The notes: generated by a model not told the origin, from the letters alone. Counted from the stretch's first letter, positions 1 to 8,688 are shown. The stretch: 62,942 bases of DNA from Halanaerobiales bacterium (GCA_003551905.1 PUNT01000277.1:1-62942); one strand, 5' to 3'. Made by a program: numbers and translations.

Positions 1-708
1 ATAGGATTACCCAGAGAGTTTTTTGGTGAGGGCGTTGATGCTTCTATTTGTGAGAGTGTTAATTATGCAGCAGCACTTCTAGAGAAAGAAGGAGCCCTCA
101 TTGAAGAAATATCAATGCCAATGTGTGATTATGCTTTGTCTGCCTACTATATTCTGGCCCCTGCTGAAGCCAGTTCTAACCTATCCCGCTTTCATGGTGT
201 CCATTATGGTTACCGGGCCCAAGGCATTAAGGACTGGCAGGAGATGTTCTTTAAGAGCAGAGGACAGGGATTTGGAAAGGAAGTTAAGCGAAGAATAATG
301 CTGGGCACATATTTACTTACAGCAGAATGTTATGATCACTACTACCTTAAAGCAATGAAAATTAAAGCTATTATATCCCGGGAAATGAGGCAGGCTTTTG
401 AGAGCTATCATGCTCTAATAACACCGGCAACACCAACAACGGCCTTTAAAAAGGGAGCAAGGGTGGATCCTGTAGAAATGTATAGGTCTGATATTCTATC
501 TGTGCCTGTGAGTCTGGCTGGATTACCTGCCCTTTCTATACCCTGTGGTAGGGATGAAAAGGGATTGCCTGTTGGGATGCAGATTATTACCTCAGCATTT
601 AACGAGGAAATGCTATTGCAGGTGGCAGGAGCATTGGAGAGAATATTGGGGTGGAATAACAATCCTGTTGAATTGAAAGGAGGGAATCCGGGTGAAGAGG
701 GAATATGA
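1..708 (+). CDS. gatA: Glu-tRNA(Gln)/Asp-tRNA(Asn) amidotransferase subunit A, C-terminal part (5' end lies outside the window)
   Basis: Frame 1 is open from base 1. The translation contains the GatA-like segment YYILAPAEASSNLSRFHGVHYGYR. The stop overlaps the start of gatB. Confidence 0.9.
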   Translation: MGLPREFFGEGVDASICESVNYAAALLEKEGALIEEISMPMCDYALSAYYILAPAEASSNLSRFHGVHYGYRAQGIKDWQEMFFKSRGQGFGKEVKRRIMLGTYLLTAECYDHYYLKAMKIKAIISREMRQAFESYHALITPATPTTAFKKGARVDPVEMYRSDILSVPVSLAGLPALSIPCGRDEKGLPVGMQIITSAFNEEMLLQVAGALERILGWNNNPVELKGGNPGEEGI

Positions 709-2125
709 AAGTGTAATAGGACTTGAAGTTCATGTTCAGCTCAAAACCACGTCAAAGATGTTCTGTTCCTGTTCAACAGATTTTAATGCCCCCCCTAATA
801 GCAACACATGCCCTGTTTGTCTGGGACTGCCAGGAGCACTACCTGTTTTAAATGAAGGTGTGCTGAAAGGCGCTATCCGGGTTGGCCTGGCTTTGAACTG
901 CAGCATAAACCTCTACAGCACATTTGACAGAAAGAATTATTTCTACCCGGATTTGCCAAGGGGATATCAGATCTCCCAGTATGGCCAGCCTCTGTGCATC
1001 TCAGGCTGCCTTGAGATTTCCCCTGATTGTAGAGTGGGTATAAGGCGTATTCACCTGGAAGATGATGCCGGGAGGCTCGTTCATGGGGCGGGGGATGAGT
1101 TATTCATTGATTACAATCGGGCCGGTATGCCGTTAATTGAGATTGTTACTGAGCCTCATATTTCAACTCCACAAGAGGCCAGATTGTTCTTAGAGGAGTT
1201 GAAGGCAATACTGGAATATCTCCAAGTATCTGATTGCAACATGGAAGAAGGCTCCCTTCGATGTGATGCTAATATCTCCCTCCGTTTATCAAAGACAGAG
1301 GCATTGGGAGAAAAAGTGGAGCTAAAGAATATGAATTCATTCCGGGCCATAGAGAGGGCGTTGGAGTTCGAGATTAATAGACAGGCTGAATTATTGAAAG
1401 AAGGGAAGGTTATATATCAGGAAACCAGGTCATGGGATGAGGATCTCAAGAGAACAAAACTCATGCGGCGTAAAGAAGAGGCCCAGGATTACCGGTATTT
1501 TCCTGAGCCGGATTTGCCCCCATTAAAGATGACTCAGGAACTGGTAGATGACTTAAAAAAAAGCTTGCCAGAATTGCCCCGGGAGCGCAGGGAAAGATTT
1601 ATTAAGGAATTTAAACTGCCGGATTATGATGTGAGTATTCTCACCGGGGACAGGGACCTGGCAGACTTTTTTGAAGAAGCTGCTCAAAGAACAAGTCCTA
1701 AGGAAGTTAGCAACTGGCTTATGGGAGAGTTGCTGCGCTATTTAAATGAAGAGAATATTACCATGAAGGATATTCCATTAAAGCCTGGTCAGCTTGTAGA
1801 ACTAATTGAACTCACAGAAAGAGGAGAACTCAGCAGCAGTATGGCCAAGGATGTTTTTAAGGAAATGTGTAAGGAAGGGAAATGTCCGGGAGATGTGATG
1901 GAAGAAAAAGGTTTGAAGCAAATTAGTGATCGGGAGCATTTAGAGAATATTGTACTGGAGATACTGGAAAAAAACCCTGGCCCTGTAGAGGATTACAAGG
2001 AGGGAAAGAAAAAAGCCCTGGGCTTTCTCATTGGACAGGTAATGAAGAGGACCCAAGGCAAAGCTAACCCTCAGATTGTCAATGAGCTTATGATAGAGAG
2101 GCTGGGACGTGAAATTGATAACTGA
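692..2125 (+). CDS. gatB: Glu-tRNA(Gln)/Asp-tRNA(Asn) amidotransferase subunit B
   Basis: 477 aa with a GTG start. The N-terminus YESVIGLEVHVQL, the Cys cluster CSCS...CPVCLGLPGALP and the C-terminal GatB/YqeY-like tail are typical of GatB. It follows gatA directly. Confidence 0.95.
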   Translation: MKREYESVIGLEVHVQLKTTSKMFCSCSTDFNAPPNSNTCPVCLGLPGALPVLNEGVLKGAIRVGLALNCSINLYSTFDRKNYFYPDLPRGYQISQYGQPLCISGCLEISPDCRVGIRRIHLEDDAGRLVHGAGDELFIDYNRAGMPLIEIVTEPHISTPQEARLFLEELKAILEYLQVSDCNMEEGSLRCDANISLRLSKTEALGEKVELKNMNSFRAIERALEFEINRQAELLKEGKVIYQETRSWDEDLKRTKLMRRKEEAQDYRYFPEPDLPPLKMTQELVDDLKKSLPELPRERRERFIKEFKLPDYDVSILTGDRDLADFFEEAAQRTSPKEVSNWLMGELLRYLNEENITMKDIPLKPGQLVELIELTERGELSSSMAKDVFKEMCKEGKCPGDVMEEKGLKQISDREHLENIVLEILEKNPGPVEDYKEGKKKALGFLIGQVMKRTQGKANPQIVNELMIERLGREIDN

Positions 2126-3383
2126 AGATAAAGGGGCTCATGGAGATATATTGACCATAGAGGATTTGAGTCATGATGGCCGGGGTGTGGGACGTATAGA
2201 GGGCTATACTGTTTTTGTTCCCGGAGGCCTGCCTGAAGAGGAAGTAAGTGTTAGGATAGTAAAGAAAAAGCCCAGGTATGGTGAAGCTCAACTTTTGGAA
2301 ATTATCAAGGAGTCTCCGGACCGGCAAAAGCCTCCCTGCCCGGTTTTTTATTATTGTGGAGGCTGTGATTTGCTGCACCTGAAATATGGAGCTCAGGTAA
2401 AATTTAAAGAAAAGCGCTTGAAAAATGCCATAAAAAGAATTGGTGGAGCTCCTTATTTTCCTGAGCCATCACTCTTTCCTGCTCAAGAGGCCTGGAGGTA
2501 CAGGAATAAAGGGGTTTACCACACCGGCTCCGGGATATCAGGATTTTATGCCAGGGGAAGCCATAAAGTTGTGGGACATGAGGACTGTTTGCTGCAAAAA
2601 CAAAAAACTAACAAATTGAAGAGAAAAGTGGATGAAGCCAGGAAGAAGGGGATTCTAGAATTTCAGGGTAGCTTTACTATCCGCATGGGATCCAGGGATG
2701 ATAAAGTTTTAATATTGCCGGAAACCAGGTTGAAGGTGGATTCATGGAAAGAAATAGCCTCTTTTTTGAAAGTTAAAGGCATATGTAGTGGGGATGAGCT
2801 TCTCTGGGGAAGCCATATTCTCCAGGAGGAAATGGGAGGTTTGTCCTATGAAGTGCCGGCCCATATATTTTTTCAGGTTAATTCGCAGCAGAGGGAGGTT
2901 CTTTTTCGGATAGTCAGGAGTTTCTTAAGCCCGGATTACAGGGATGTGCTACTTGATGTTTTTGCTGGCACAGGTTCACTGAGCTTACCCCTTGCTCCGG
3001 AACTGGAGAGAATAATCGCTGTAGAGATTTCCCCCGGAGCTGTGAGATGTGGAGAGAAGACAGCAGCTAAAATGGGCTACAATAACGTTGCCTTCTATAC
3101 AGGGAAGGCTGAGAATATGGTGCCTGAAATTGAAAAAGAATTTCCATCCCTTATTCTCTTGGATCCACCTCGACAAGGTTGTCATCCTGATTTATTGGAG
3201 ACTCTGTTGAGGTGGAAGGCGAAGAAGGTGGTTTATGTTTCTTGCAATCCTGCAACCCTTGCCAGGGACATGGAAATACTACTTTCAGGTGGGTTTTCCA
3301 TTTTAGAGGTAAATCTTTTGGATATGTTCCCCAATACTTATCATGTGGAGACGGTAGTATTGATGTCAAGAGCTGATAAATAA
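2109..3383 (+). CDS. rlmD: 23S rRNA (uracil-C5)-methyltransferase, RlmD/RumA family (TRAM domain plus SAM methyltransferase)
   Basis: 424 aa. Contains a TRAM-like N-terminus, the Fe-S Cys motif CPVFYYCGGCDLLHL, and the methyltransferase motifs LDVFAGTGSLSL, DPPRQGC and VYVSCNPATLARD. The GTG start overlaps the end of gatB. Confidence 0.85.
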   Translation: MKLITEDKGAHGDILTIEDLSHDGRGVGRIEGYTVFVPGGLPEEEVSVRIVKKKPRYGEAQLLEIIKESPDRQKPPCPVFYYCGGCDLLHLKYGAQVKFKEKRLKNAIKRIGGAPYFPEPSLFPAQEAWRYRNKGVYHTGSGISGFYARGSHKVVGHEDCLLQKQKTNKLKRKVDEARKKGILEFQGSFTIRMGSRDDKVLILPETRLKVDSWKEIASFLKVKGICSGDELLWGSHILQEEMGGLSYEVPAHIFFQVNSQQREVLFRIVRSFLSPDYRDVLLDVFAGTGSLSLPLAPELERIIAVEISPGAVRCGEKTAAKMGYNNVAFYTGKAENMVPEIEKEFPSLILLDPPRQGCHPDLLETLLRWKAKKVVYVSCNPATLARDMEILLSGGFSILEVNLLDMFPNTYHVETVVLMSRADK

Positions 3384-3384
3384 A

Positions 3385-3519
3385 TGAAATAAAAGAATTA
3401 ATAAGAGCATAATATCTCGCATAACTGCAAAAAATGAAATAAAAGAAAGAGAAATCTATTTATATTTCTACTTAATTGACAAAGTGAAATAAGAGTGGTA
3501 TTCTTAAGCTATTATTTCA
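3385..3519. repeat. Three direct copies of TGAAATAA(A/G)AG at an exact 50-bp register, plus one inverted copy, upstream of fic
   Basis: TGAAATAAAAG at 3385 and 3435, and TGAAATAAGAG at 3485. The inverted TTATTTCA lies at 3512..3519. An additional inverted repeat AGAAAT-N8-ATTTCT lies at 3450..3469. Confidence 0.6.
3476..3504 (+). promoter_or_regulatory. Putative sigma-A-type promoter of the fic gene
   Basis: TTGACA (3476..3481), a 17-nt spacer, then TATTCT (3499..3504). The third TGAAATAA repeat sits inside the spacer. Confidence 0.4.
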
Positions 3520-3536
3520 TAATGGAGATGTGAGAG

Positions 3537-4679
3537 ATGAAAAACAGAGCAGGAGAATATCGAAGGAATTTAACAGATGAGCTTCAGTATAAATCTTTTT
3601 TTCCCAGGCCATTACCTCCAAAACCACCAATTGAAATCGATGAGGAGGCGGTAACTTTACTGGCAAAAGCCAATCGAATCATTGGTGTTTTAGAGGGGCT
3701 TTCACGAAATGTTCCAAATATTGAACTATTTGTATCGATGTATGTTAGAAAAGAAGCCCTCTTATCTTCTCAGATTGAGGGAACGCAGGCGACATTGGAT
3801 GATATTTTAGATCCTAAAATAGAAGAAAATACAAATCGTCATGTAACAGATGTGGTAAATTATATTAAAGCGTCTCAGTATGCGGTTACCAGGCTAAAAG
3901 AACTGCCCATTTGTAATCGTCTTATGAAAGAGACTCAAGCTATACTGCTAGAAGATGTTCGTGGAGAAGAAAGAAATCCCGGAGAATTTAGGCGTAGTCA
4001 AAACTGGATCGGCCCGGCGGGAAGCACACTAAATAATGCCCTTTATATTCCTCCAAATGTAGAGGATATGGAAGTGGCCATGTCTGACTTGGAAAAGTTC
4101 ATTAATGAAGAAGATGAGCTTGATCCACTGATTAAAATAGCCCTTATCCATTATCAGTTTGAAACCATTCACCCATTTTTAGATGGCAACGGCCGGATTG
4201 GGCGTCTGCTTATCAATCTTTTCCTGATGGAAAAGGGGTTATTAAGCTATGAAACCCTTTATATATCATATTTTCTTAAACGTAACAGGATTGAGTATTA
4301 TGACCGCCTTATGGAAGTTCGAATTAAGGGAAATTTTGAACAATGGGTGAAATTCTTTTTAAGGGCAACGAAAGAGTCAGCAGAGGATTCCATTCAGACC
4401 ATTGAAAAACTAGTAAAACTCCACGATAAAAACTGGAAGATCATATCGAACACCGGAAGAGCTGCAAAAACCATCAAGAAGGTATTTTCTTATTTGGAAG
4501 GTAGTCCTATTATTGATATAAAAATAACCAGCAAACAATTAGGTCTTTCTTATAATGCCACTGCCAATGCAGTAAACAAGCTAATGGATTTAGGGGTTTT
4601 AATACAGACAGAGAATGTTCAAAGAAACCGAGTGTTTGCCTACGAAGAGTATTTAAAGATATTGAGACAAGACACATAG
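3537..4679 (+). CDS. Fic family protein (class II, with an N-terminal inhibitory helix motif and a C-terminal winged-helix-like domain)
   Basis: 380 aa. Fic active-site motif HPFLDGNGRIGR. The upstream motif SSQIEG matches the [ST]xxxE[GN] inhibitory-helix motif. An SD-like GGAGATG lies before the ATG. Confidence 0.9.
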   Translation: MKNRAGEYRRNLTDELQYKSFFPRPLPPKPPIEIDEEAVTLLAKANRIIGVLEGLSRNVPNIELFVSMYVRKEALLSSQIEGTQATLDDILDPKIEENTNRHVTDVVNYIKASQYAVTRLKELPICNRLMKETQAILLEDVRGEERNPGEFRRSQNWIGPAGSTLNNALYIPPNVEDMEVAMSDLEKFINEEDELDPLIKIALIHYQFETIHPFLDGNGRIGRLLINLFLMEKGLLSYETLYISYFLKRNRIEYYDRLMEVRIKGNFEQWVKFFLRATKESAEDSIQTIEKLVKLHDKNWKIISNTGRAAKTIKKVFSYLEGSPIIDIKITSKQLGLSYNATANAVNKLMDLGVLIQTENVQRNRVFAYEEYLKILRQDT

Positions 4680-4699
4680 AAAAAAATAAACATAGATTA

Positions 4700-5311
4700 T
4701 GGAACACCTTCTCAATGATGATGATCCATGAAAATGCCCTATACCCGATTAGCCAGACATAAAAGAGTTCGGTGTTGGATGAGCTGCACTTGAATCGACA
4801 TGTTCCCTCATACTGCTTATTCTGGTTAATATGGCCAGTAATCTTGTCTGATTCGGCCACCTAGTGAAGTGTTTTAAGTTTACCAAGATTCATAAGTATT
4901 GGCAATAGCTATGTACCATTCTCTTGAGAAGACACATGGGGGTTTCTCTTTGCCAGAACTAAAAACCATTTTTTCTCCTTTGAAGAATAGAAAATGCAGG
5001 AATGGTTTTTTCTCCCCAAGGCGGTTTCTTTGAGTGTTTTAAGCAAATCAGATTTATTACCCTCCATACTGGTAAGGGTTTCTTTCAACATTTGACCATT
5101 TAAAACATCTTGTTTAAATTCAGCAATAAGACCAGCCTAGGAAATCTGAGGGTTTTTCTCTTTCATTCCATATTATCTTCAAAAACAAAAAGCCATGAGA
5201 TAAATCTTCCGGGTTAAATTGTTGGTTTGATGCTGCTATCTCTGCCATCTCAAATTCCCTCCTGAGGGTCTTATGAAAAGAAGTTTTCGACAAAACCAGT
5301 TTTTCCTGCAT
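4700..5311 (-). pseudogene. Possible degraded gene: three consecutive short ORF fragments in different frames, family not recognised
   Basis: Minus-strand ORFs at 5311..5120, 5091..4909 and 4860..about 4680 follow each other with short gaps and frame changes. No plus-strand ORF is present. I could recognise no motif. Confidence 0.3.
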
Positions 5312-5391
5312 TATTATCAGAAGTTCCTAGTTTAATAAACTTGTTTTTTTTGACATAGGTGCTAAAATATTGTCAAGGAAGGAGGCATGCT

Positions 5392-5712
5392 ATGACAGGA
5401 GAAATGGGATTGAATGACCTTCTCCATTATGTGAAAAAAATGAAACAAAAAAGAGGTTTTGATTGGACAACAATGGAGCAGGAGTTTGTTCTCTTGAGTG
5501 AGGAGATAGGGGAACTTGCCCACGAAGTGTGGTGTATACGAAAGAATGATGGAATGATAACTGAAGAAAGAAAGGAGGCACTGGCTTTTGAAGTTGTAGA
5601 TTGCCTCATTTTTCTCATTTCAATTGCCGGAATGGCCGGCATAGAGGATATTGAAGAATACCTGAAAAAAAAGGAATGGCTGAATAAACAGAGGTTTGAG
5701 CAGGTAGATTAG
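5392..5712 (+). CDS. MazG-like nucleotide pyrophosphohydrolase domain protein
   Basis: Contains EEIGELAHEV ... EALAFEVVDCLIFLISIAG, the paired acidic helices of the all-alpha NTP-PPase fold. The ATG at 5392 is preceded by GGAAGGAGG. The ORF track starts at a GTG at 5359. Confidence 0.75.
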   Translation: MTGEMGLNDLLHYVKKMKQKRGFDWTTMEQEFVLLSEEIGELAHEVWCIRKNDGMITEERKEALAFEVVDCLIFLISIAGMAGIEDIEEYLKKKEWLNKQRFEQVD

Positions 5713-5725
5713 CAGATTATTTCAA

Positions 5726-5751
5726 CCAGGGCCTTATTGGCCCTTTTTTAT
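5726..5751 (+). terminator. Rho-independent terminator after the MazG-like gene
   Basis: CCAGGGCC-TTAT-TGGCCCT hairpin followed by TTTTTTATTTT. Confidence 0.6.
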
Positions 5752-5841
5752 TTTGCAGTGGTCGGAGTGCTGCATAACCTTATGCAGTTCTTTGGCATAT
5801 ATTATTATAGATAAGAATATGGAAAAGAGGATCAATAATTA

Positions 5842-6600
5842 ATGATAGATTACCGCCATCACTTTTTAAATACACAGGAGGTTTTCAATAGAATTAAGGT
5901 TGCCCTGGAGGAAAAAAAACCCTTTGCCCTCATCCGGGTTGGAGATGGAGAGGCGAGAGTTCTGGCTCATGATATCCTCATTCCTGTAGGTGGATTTCCT
6001 TCTGTTAAGCTTGCTCGCTTGAAATATGCAGGTGTTGAGTTGCCGGCACCAGATTTGAGGAAAAAAATAATTAATTACCTCAAATGTGCTGAGCTGGTTG
6101 GCCTTAGCGATGTTGAAGGGCCAGGGGCATATCCACTTATTAGAGAAATTCTAGAAAGTCCTCTTATACCACTATATCTAAATGATTTTAACTCTATCTG
6201 CAGTGCGTACATTCACTGGTATTTATATCGGGAAGGGCTTTTTAGAGAATTGTGGCAGGGGCGACGAATATTTCTTCTGGGACGCAGATCCGAAGAAGTA
6301 GCAGGGAAAGTTGAATTCACTGGAGGAGAAGTGGTGGGGTGGGCAAAGATAGAGGGCTGGGGTGATGTGGAGAATTGCCTGAAAGAGGTGGAGAGGGCAG
6401 AAGAATTCCATCTGGCTTTAGTATCTGCAGGAGTCCCTGCCCTGATTTTGTGTCCGGAACTGGCCCGTAAGTATAGAGTTGTGGCAATAGATTTTGGGCA
6501 TCTCATGGATTACTTGCTAGAACCTGAAGGTAGTATTTCCAGGGTGCGCATATCTTCTAAAAAGAAATGGGATGAGAGAAAAAGGGAGGGAAAGAAGTGA
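5842..6600 (+). CDS. GT-D (DUF1792)-like putative glycosyltransferase, paralogue 1 (DxE motif retained)
   Basis: 252 aa. PFALIRVGDGEARVL and the C-terminal LALVSAGVPALILCPELARKYRVVAIDFGH resemble, from memory, the GT-D/DUF1792 pattern (RFGDGE ... LGPTA ... DIGH). It is clearly paralogous to the ORFs at 7334 and 7951. Confidence 0.55.
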   Translation: MIDYRHHFLNTQEVFNRIKVALEEKKPFALIRVGDGEARVLAHDILIPVGGFPSVKLARLKYAGVELPAPDLRKKIINYLKCAELVGLSDVEGPGAYPLIREILESPLIPLYLNDFNSICSAYIHWYLYREGLFRELWQGRRIFLLGRRSEEVAGKVEFTGGEVVGWAKIEGWGDVENCLKEVERAEEFHLALVSAGVPALILCPELARKYRVVAIDFGHLMDYLLEPEGSISRVRISSKKKWDERKREGKK

Positions 6601-7337
6601 AAATAAGACTAACTTCAGTAATCGTTCCTGCCTGGAATGCCCTTAAATATACGAAGATGTGCCTTGATTCCTTGAAGAAATATACTCCTGAACCTTATGA
6701 AGTTATTGTAGTGGATAATGGTTCCAGTGATGGTACAAAGGAATATTTACAGAAAAACAAAAATATAAGATGCATTTTTAATAAGAAAAATCTGGGGTTT
6801 GCCGGAGGCATTAATCAAGGGTTGAAGGTGGCCCGGGGAGAGCACCTGTTATTATTGAATAATGATGTTATTTTAACATACAGGTGGCTTAAAAACATGC
6901 AGAAGTGCCTCTTAAGCAGTAAAAGAATTGGGCTCGTAGGGCCTCGTTCCAACCTGGTAGGGGGACAGCAGGGTAAGATGGGTAAGCTCCCTTACAACAA
7001 TCTTCAGGAAATGGATGAATTTGCTCGCAATTTCAACAGAGTATCTAATCCTAAAAAGTGGTTTTCTGTTAAGACTCTATCAGGGTTCTGTTTATTAATG
7101 TGTAGGACTGTAATGGAAAAAATTGGCTTGCTGGATGAGCGATATAATATTGGGACCAGGGAAGACAGGGATTACTGTCTCAGGGCACATAAAAAAGGAT
7201 ATATTTTAATGTGTGCCGGGGATACATTTGTCTACCACTTTGGCCATAGGACTTTTCAAGCCAATAATCTGGATGTCTGGAAGATTCAGAAGGAGAACAT
7301 GAAGCTATTTCAGGAAAAATGGGGGCATAGGGGATGA
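6597..7337 (+). CDS. Family 2 glycosyltransferase (GT-A fold)
   Basis: 246 aa. SVIVPAWNALKYTKMCLDSL ... VIVVDNGSSDGT ... LLLLNNDV is typical of GT2. There are 4-nt start/stop overlaps with both neighbouring genes. Confidence 0.85.
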   Translation: MKIRLTSVIVPAWNALKYTKMCLDSLKKYTPEPYEVIVVDNGSSDGTKEYLQKNKNIRCIFNKKNLGFAGGINQGLKVARGEHLLLLNNDVILTYRWLKNMQKCLLSSKRIGLVGPRSNLVGGQQGKMGKLPYNNLQEMDEFARNFNRVSNPKKWFSVKTLSGFCLLMCRTVMEKIGLLDERYNIGTREDRDYCLRAHKKGYILMCAGDTFVYHFGHRTFQANNLDVWKIQKENMKLFQEKWGHRG

Positions 7338-7942
7338 GCCACAAAAGGAAGCTGCAGCTGGAGGAAGAAGTGGCCGGGGCTGTAAGAATAGCCCTGGAGA
7401 ATCGACAACCTTTCAGCCTTATCCGTCTGGGGGTTATGGAGAATCTGCTTCTCAAAAAAAAACTGGTCAGAGGCCTGGTGAAACCTACTGAAATTCTTAA
7501 GTGGCTAAAAAAGGCTGACATAATCGGTTTGGATCGCAACCGGCTGGGCAACAGTGTTCTGGTCAAAAATGTGGACCGTTTTGGAGTTTCCTGGACTCAT
7601 GTTGATATTAACTGGCGTCTCTATAAACAAGGAAAAGGGCCCCTTGTAAGATGGGTGAAAAAGCATGCTCTTCTCTTTATAGGTCGCAGGAGCAGCCATT
7701 TAAGAGATAGAGCAATAAAGCTGGGGCTCAATGTTGTAGGAGAGTTTGAGCTAGATTCTCCTGGTAAGCTGGAAGAATCTATAAAGTATCTCAAGAGTTG
7801 TTCTGCCTACGAACTGGCATTAATTTCTTCCGATATAGGCACTCAATGCTTACTGGCCCCCTATGTGGCTGTTAAACAGCGTAAGGTAGCATTGGATCTG
7901 GGTCTGGTTCTTGATGATATGCTGGAAAACTGGAATGGTTAA
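7334..7942 (+). CDS. GT-D-like paralogue 2 (degenerate: DxE replaced by VME, and DFGH by DLGL)
   Basis: 202 aa. It shares PFSLIRLG, LLFIGRRS and LALISS...KVALDLG with paralogues 1 and 3. ATGA overlap with the GT2 gene. Confidence 0.5.
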   Translation: MSHKRKLQLEEEVAGAVRIALENRQPFSLIRLGVMENLLLKKKLVRGLVKPTEILKWLKKADIIGLDRNRLGNSVLVKNVDRFGVSWTHVDINWRLYKQGKGPLVRWVKKHALLFIGRRSSHLRDRAIKLGLNVVGEFELDSPGKLEESIKYLKSCSAYELALISSDIGTQCLLAPYVAVKQRKVALDLGLVLDDMLENWNG

Positions 7943-7950
7943 GGGAGGGG

Positions 7951-8688
7951 ATGGAGGTTATGTATAGAGCTTATGGAGTACCCTTCTTGGGAGCTTATGA
8001 GGTTGCTGGTCAGCTACTGGGAGCTCTGAAGAGAGGACAGGGTTTTTCTCTGGTCCGGCTGGGGGGAGGGGAAACCAAAAGCCTTGGTCACGATATTTTC
8101 ATGCCTTCCCGGGAAATTAATCAGAGATATCGCTATGAGTATGCTGGTGTCAGGCTGCCAGATGAGAGGTTGCGCAGGGAATTGTCCTGGGGAGTTAGGA
8201 ATGCTGATGTGGTTGGAGTTCTGCCGTACCGCCGGGCTCCTGAGCTGATCAGAATTTTTGATTACTTGAAAATCAAGCCCACCCGGATCTGTAGTGCATA
8301 TATCAACTGGATTCTTTTCGATGAAGGCAAGGGTCTCATTAATTCCATTATTGGTTCGCAAAGGCTCTTTCTGGTTGGGCGCAGGGCCCAAGAAGCTCTT
8401 ACTCATGTTAAAAAATTGGGCTGGCAGGTTGAAGGCTTTACCACTCTAGAAGGTTTCTATGATTACCGAAGGGCTTTGAATGAAGTTAAAAAACATAAAA
8501 AAGCCCGACTGATCCTGGTATCAGCAGGAATTCCTGCTGTTGTCCTGTGCTCAAAAATAGCCAGGGAGGCTGGACGGGTAGCTCTGGACTTTGGCCATGT
8601 TATTGACCGGATAATAGATATTGATTTTGGATCCCACAATCTCATAGCTAAAAAGGGTGACTGGGAGCGAAAGCAAAGCAAAAGATAG
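7951..8688 (+). CDS. GT-D-like paralogue 3 (GGE in place of DGE; DFGH retained)
   Basis: 245 aa. GFSLVRLGGGETKSLGHD, YAGVRLP, ICSAYINW, LFLVGRR and LILVSAGIPAVVLC...VALDFGH align with paralogue 1. An alternative ATG lies at 7960. Confidence 0.55.
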   Translation: MEVMYRAYGVPFLGAYEVAGQLLGALKRGQGFSLVRLGGGETKSLGHDIFMPSREINQRYRYEYAGVRLPDERLRRELSWGVRNADVVGVLPYRRAPELIRIFDYLKIKPTRICSAYINWILFDEGKGLINSIIGSQRLFLVGRRAQEALTHVKKLGWQVEGFTTLEGFYDYRRALNEVKKHKKARLILVSAGIPAVVLCSKIAREAGRVALDFGHVIDRIIDIDFGSHNLIAKKGDWERKQSKR

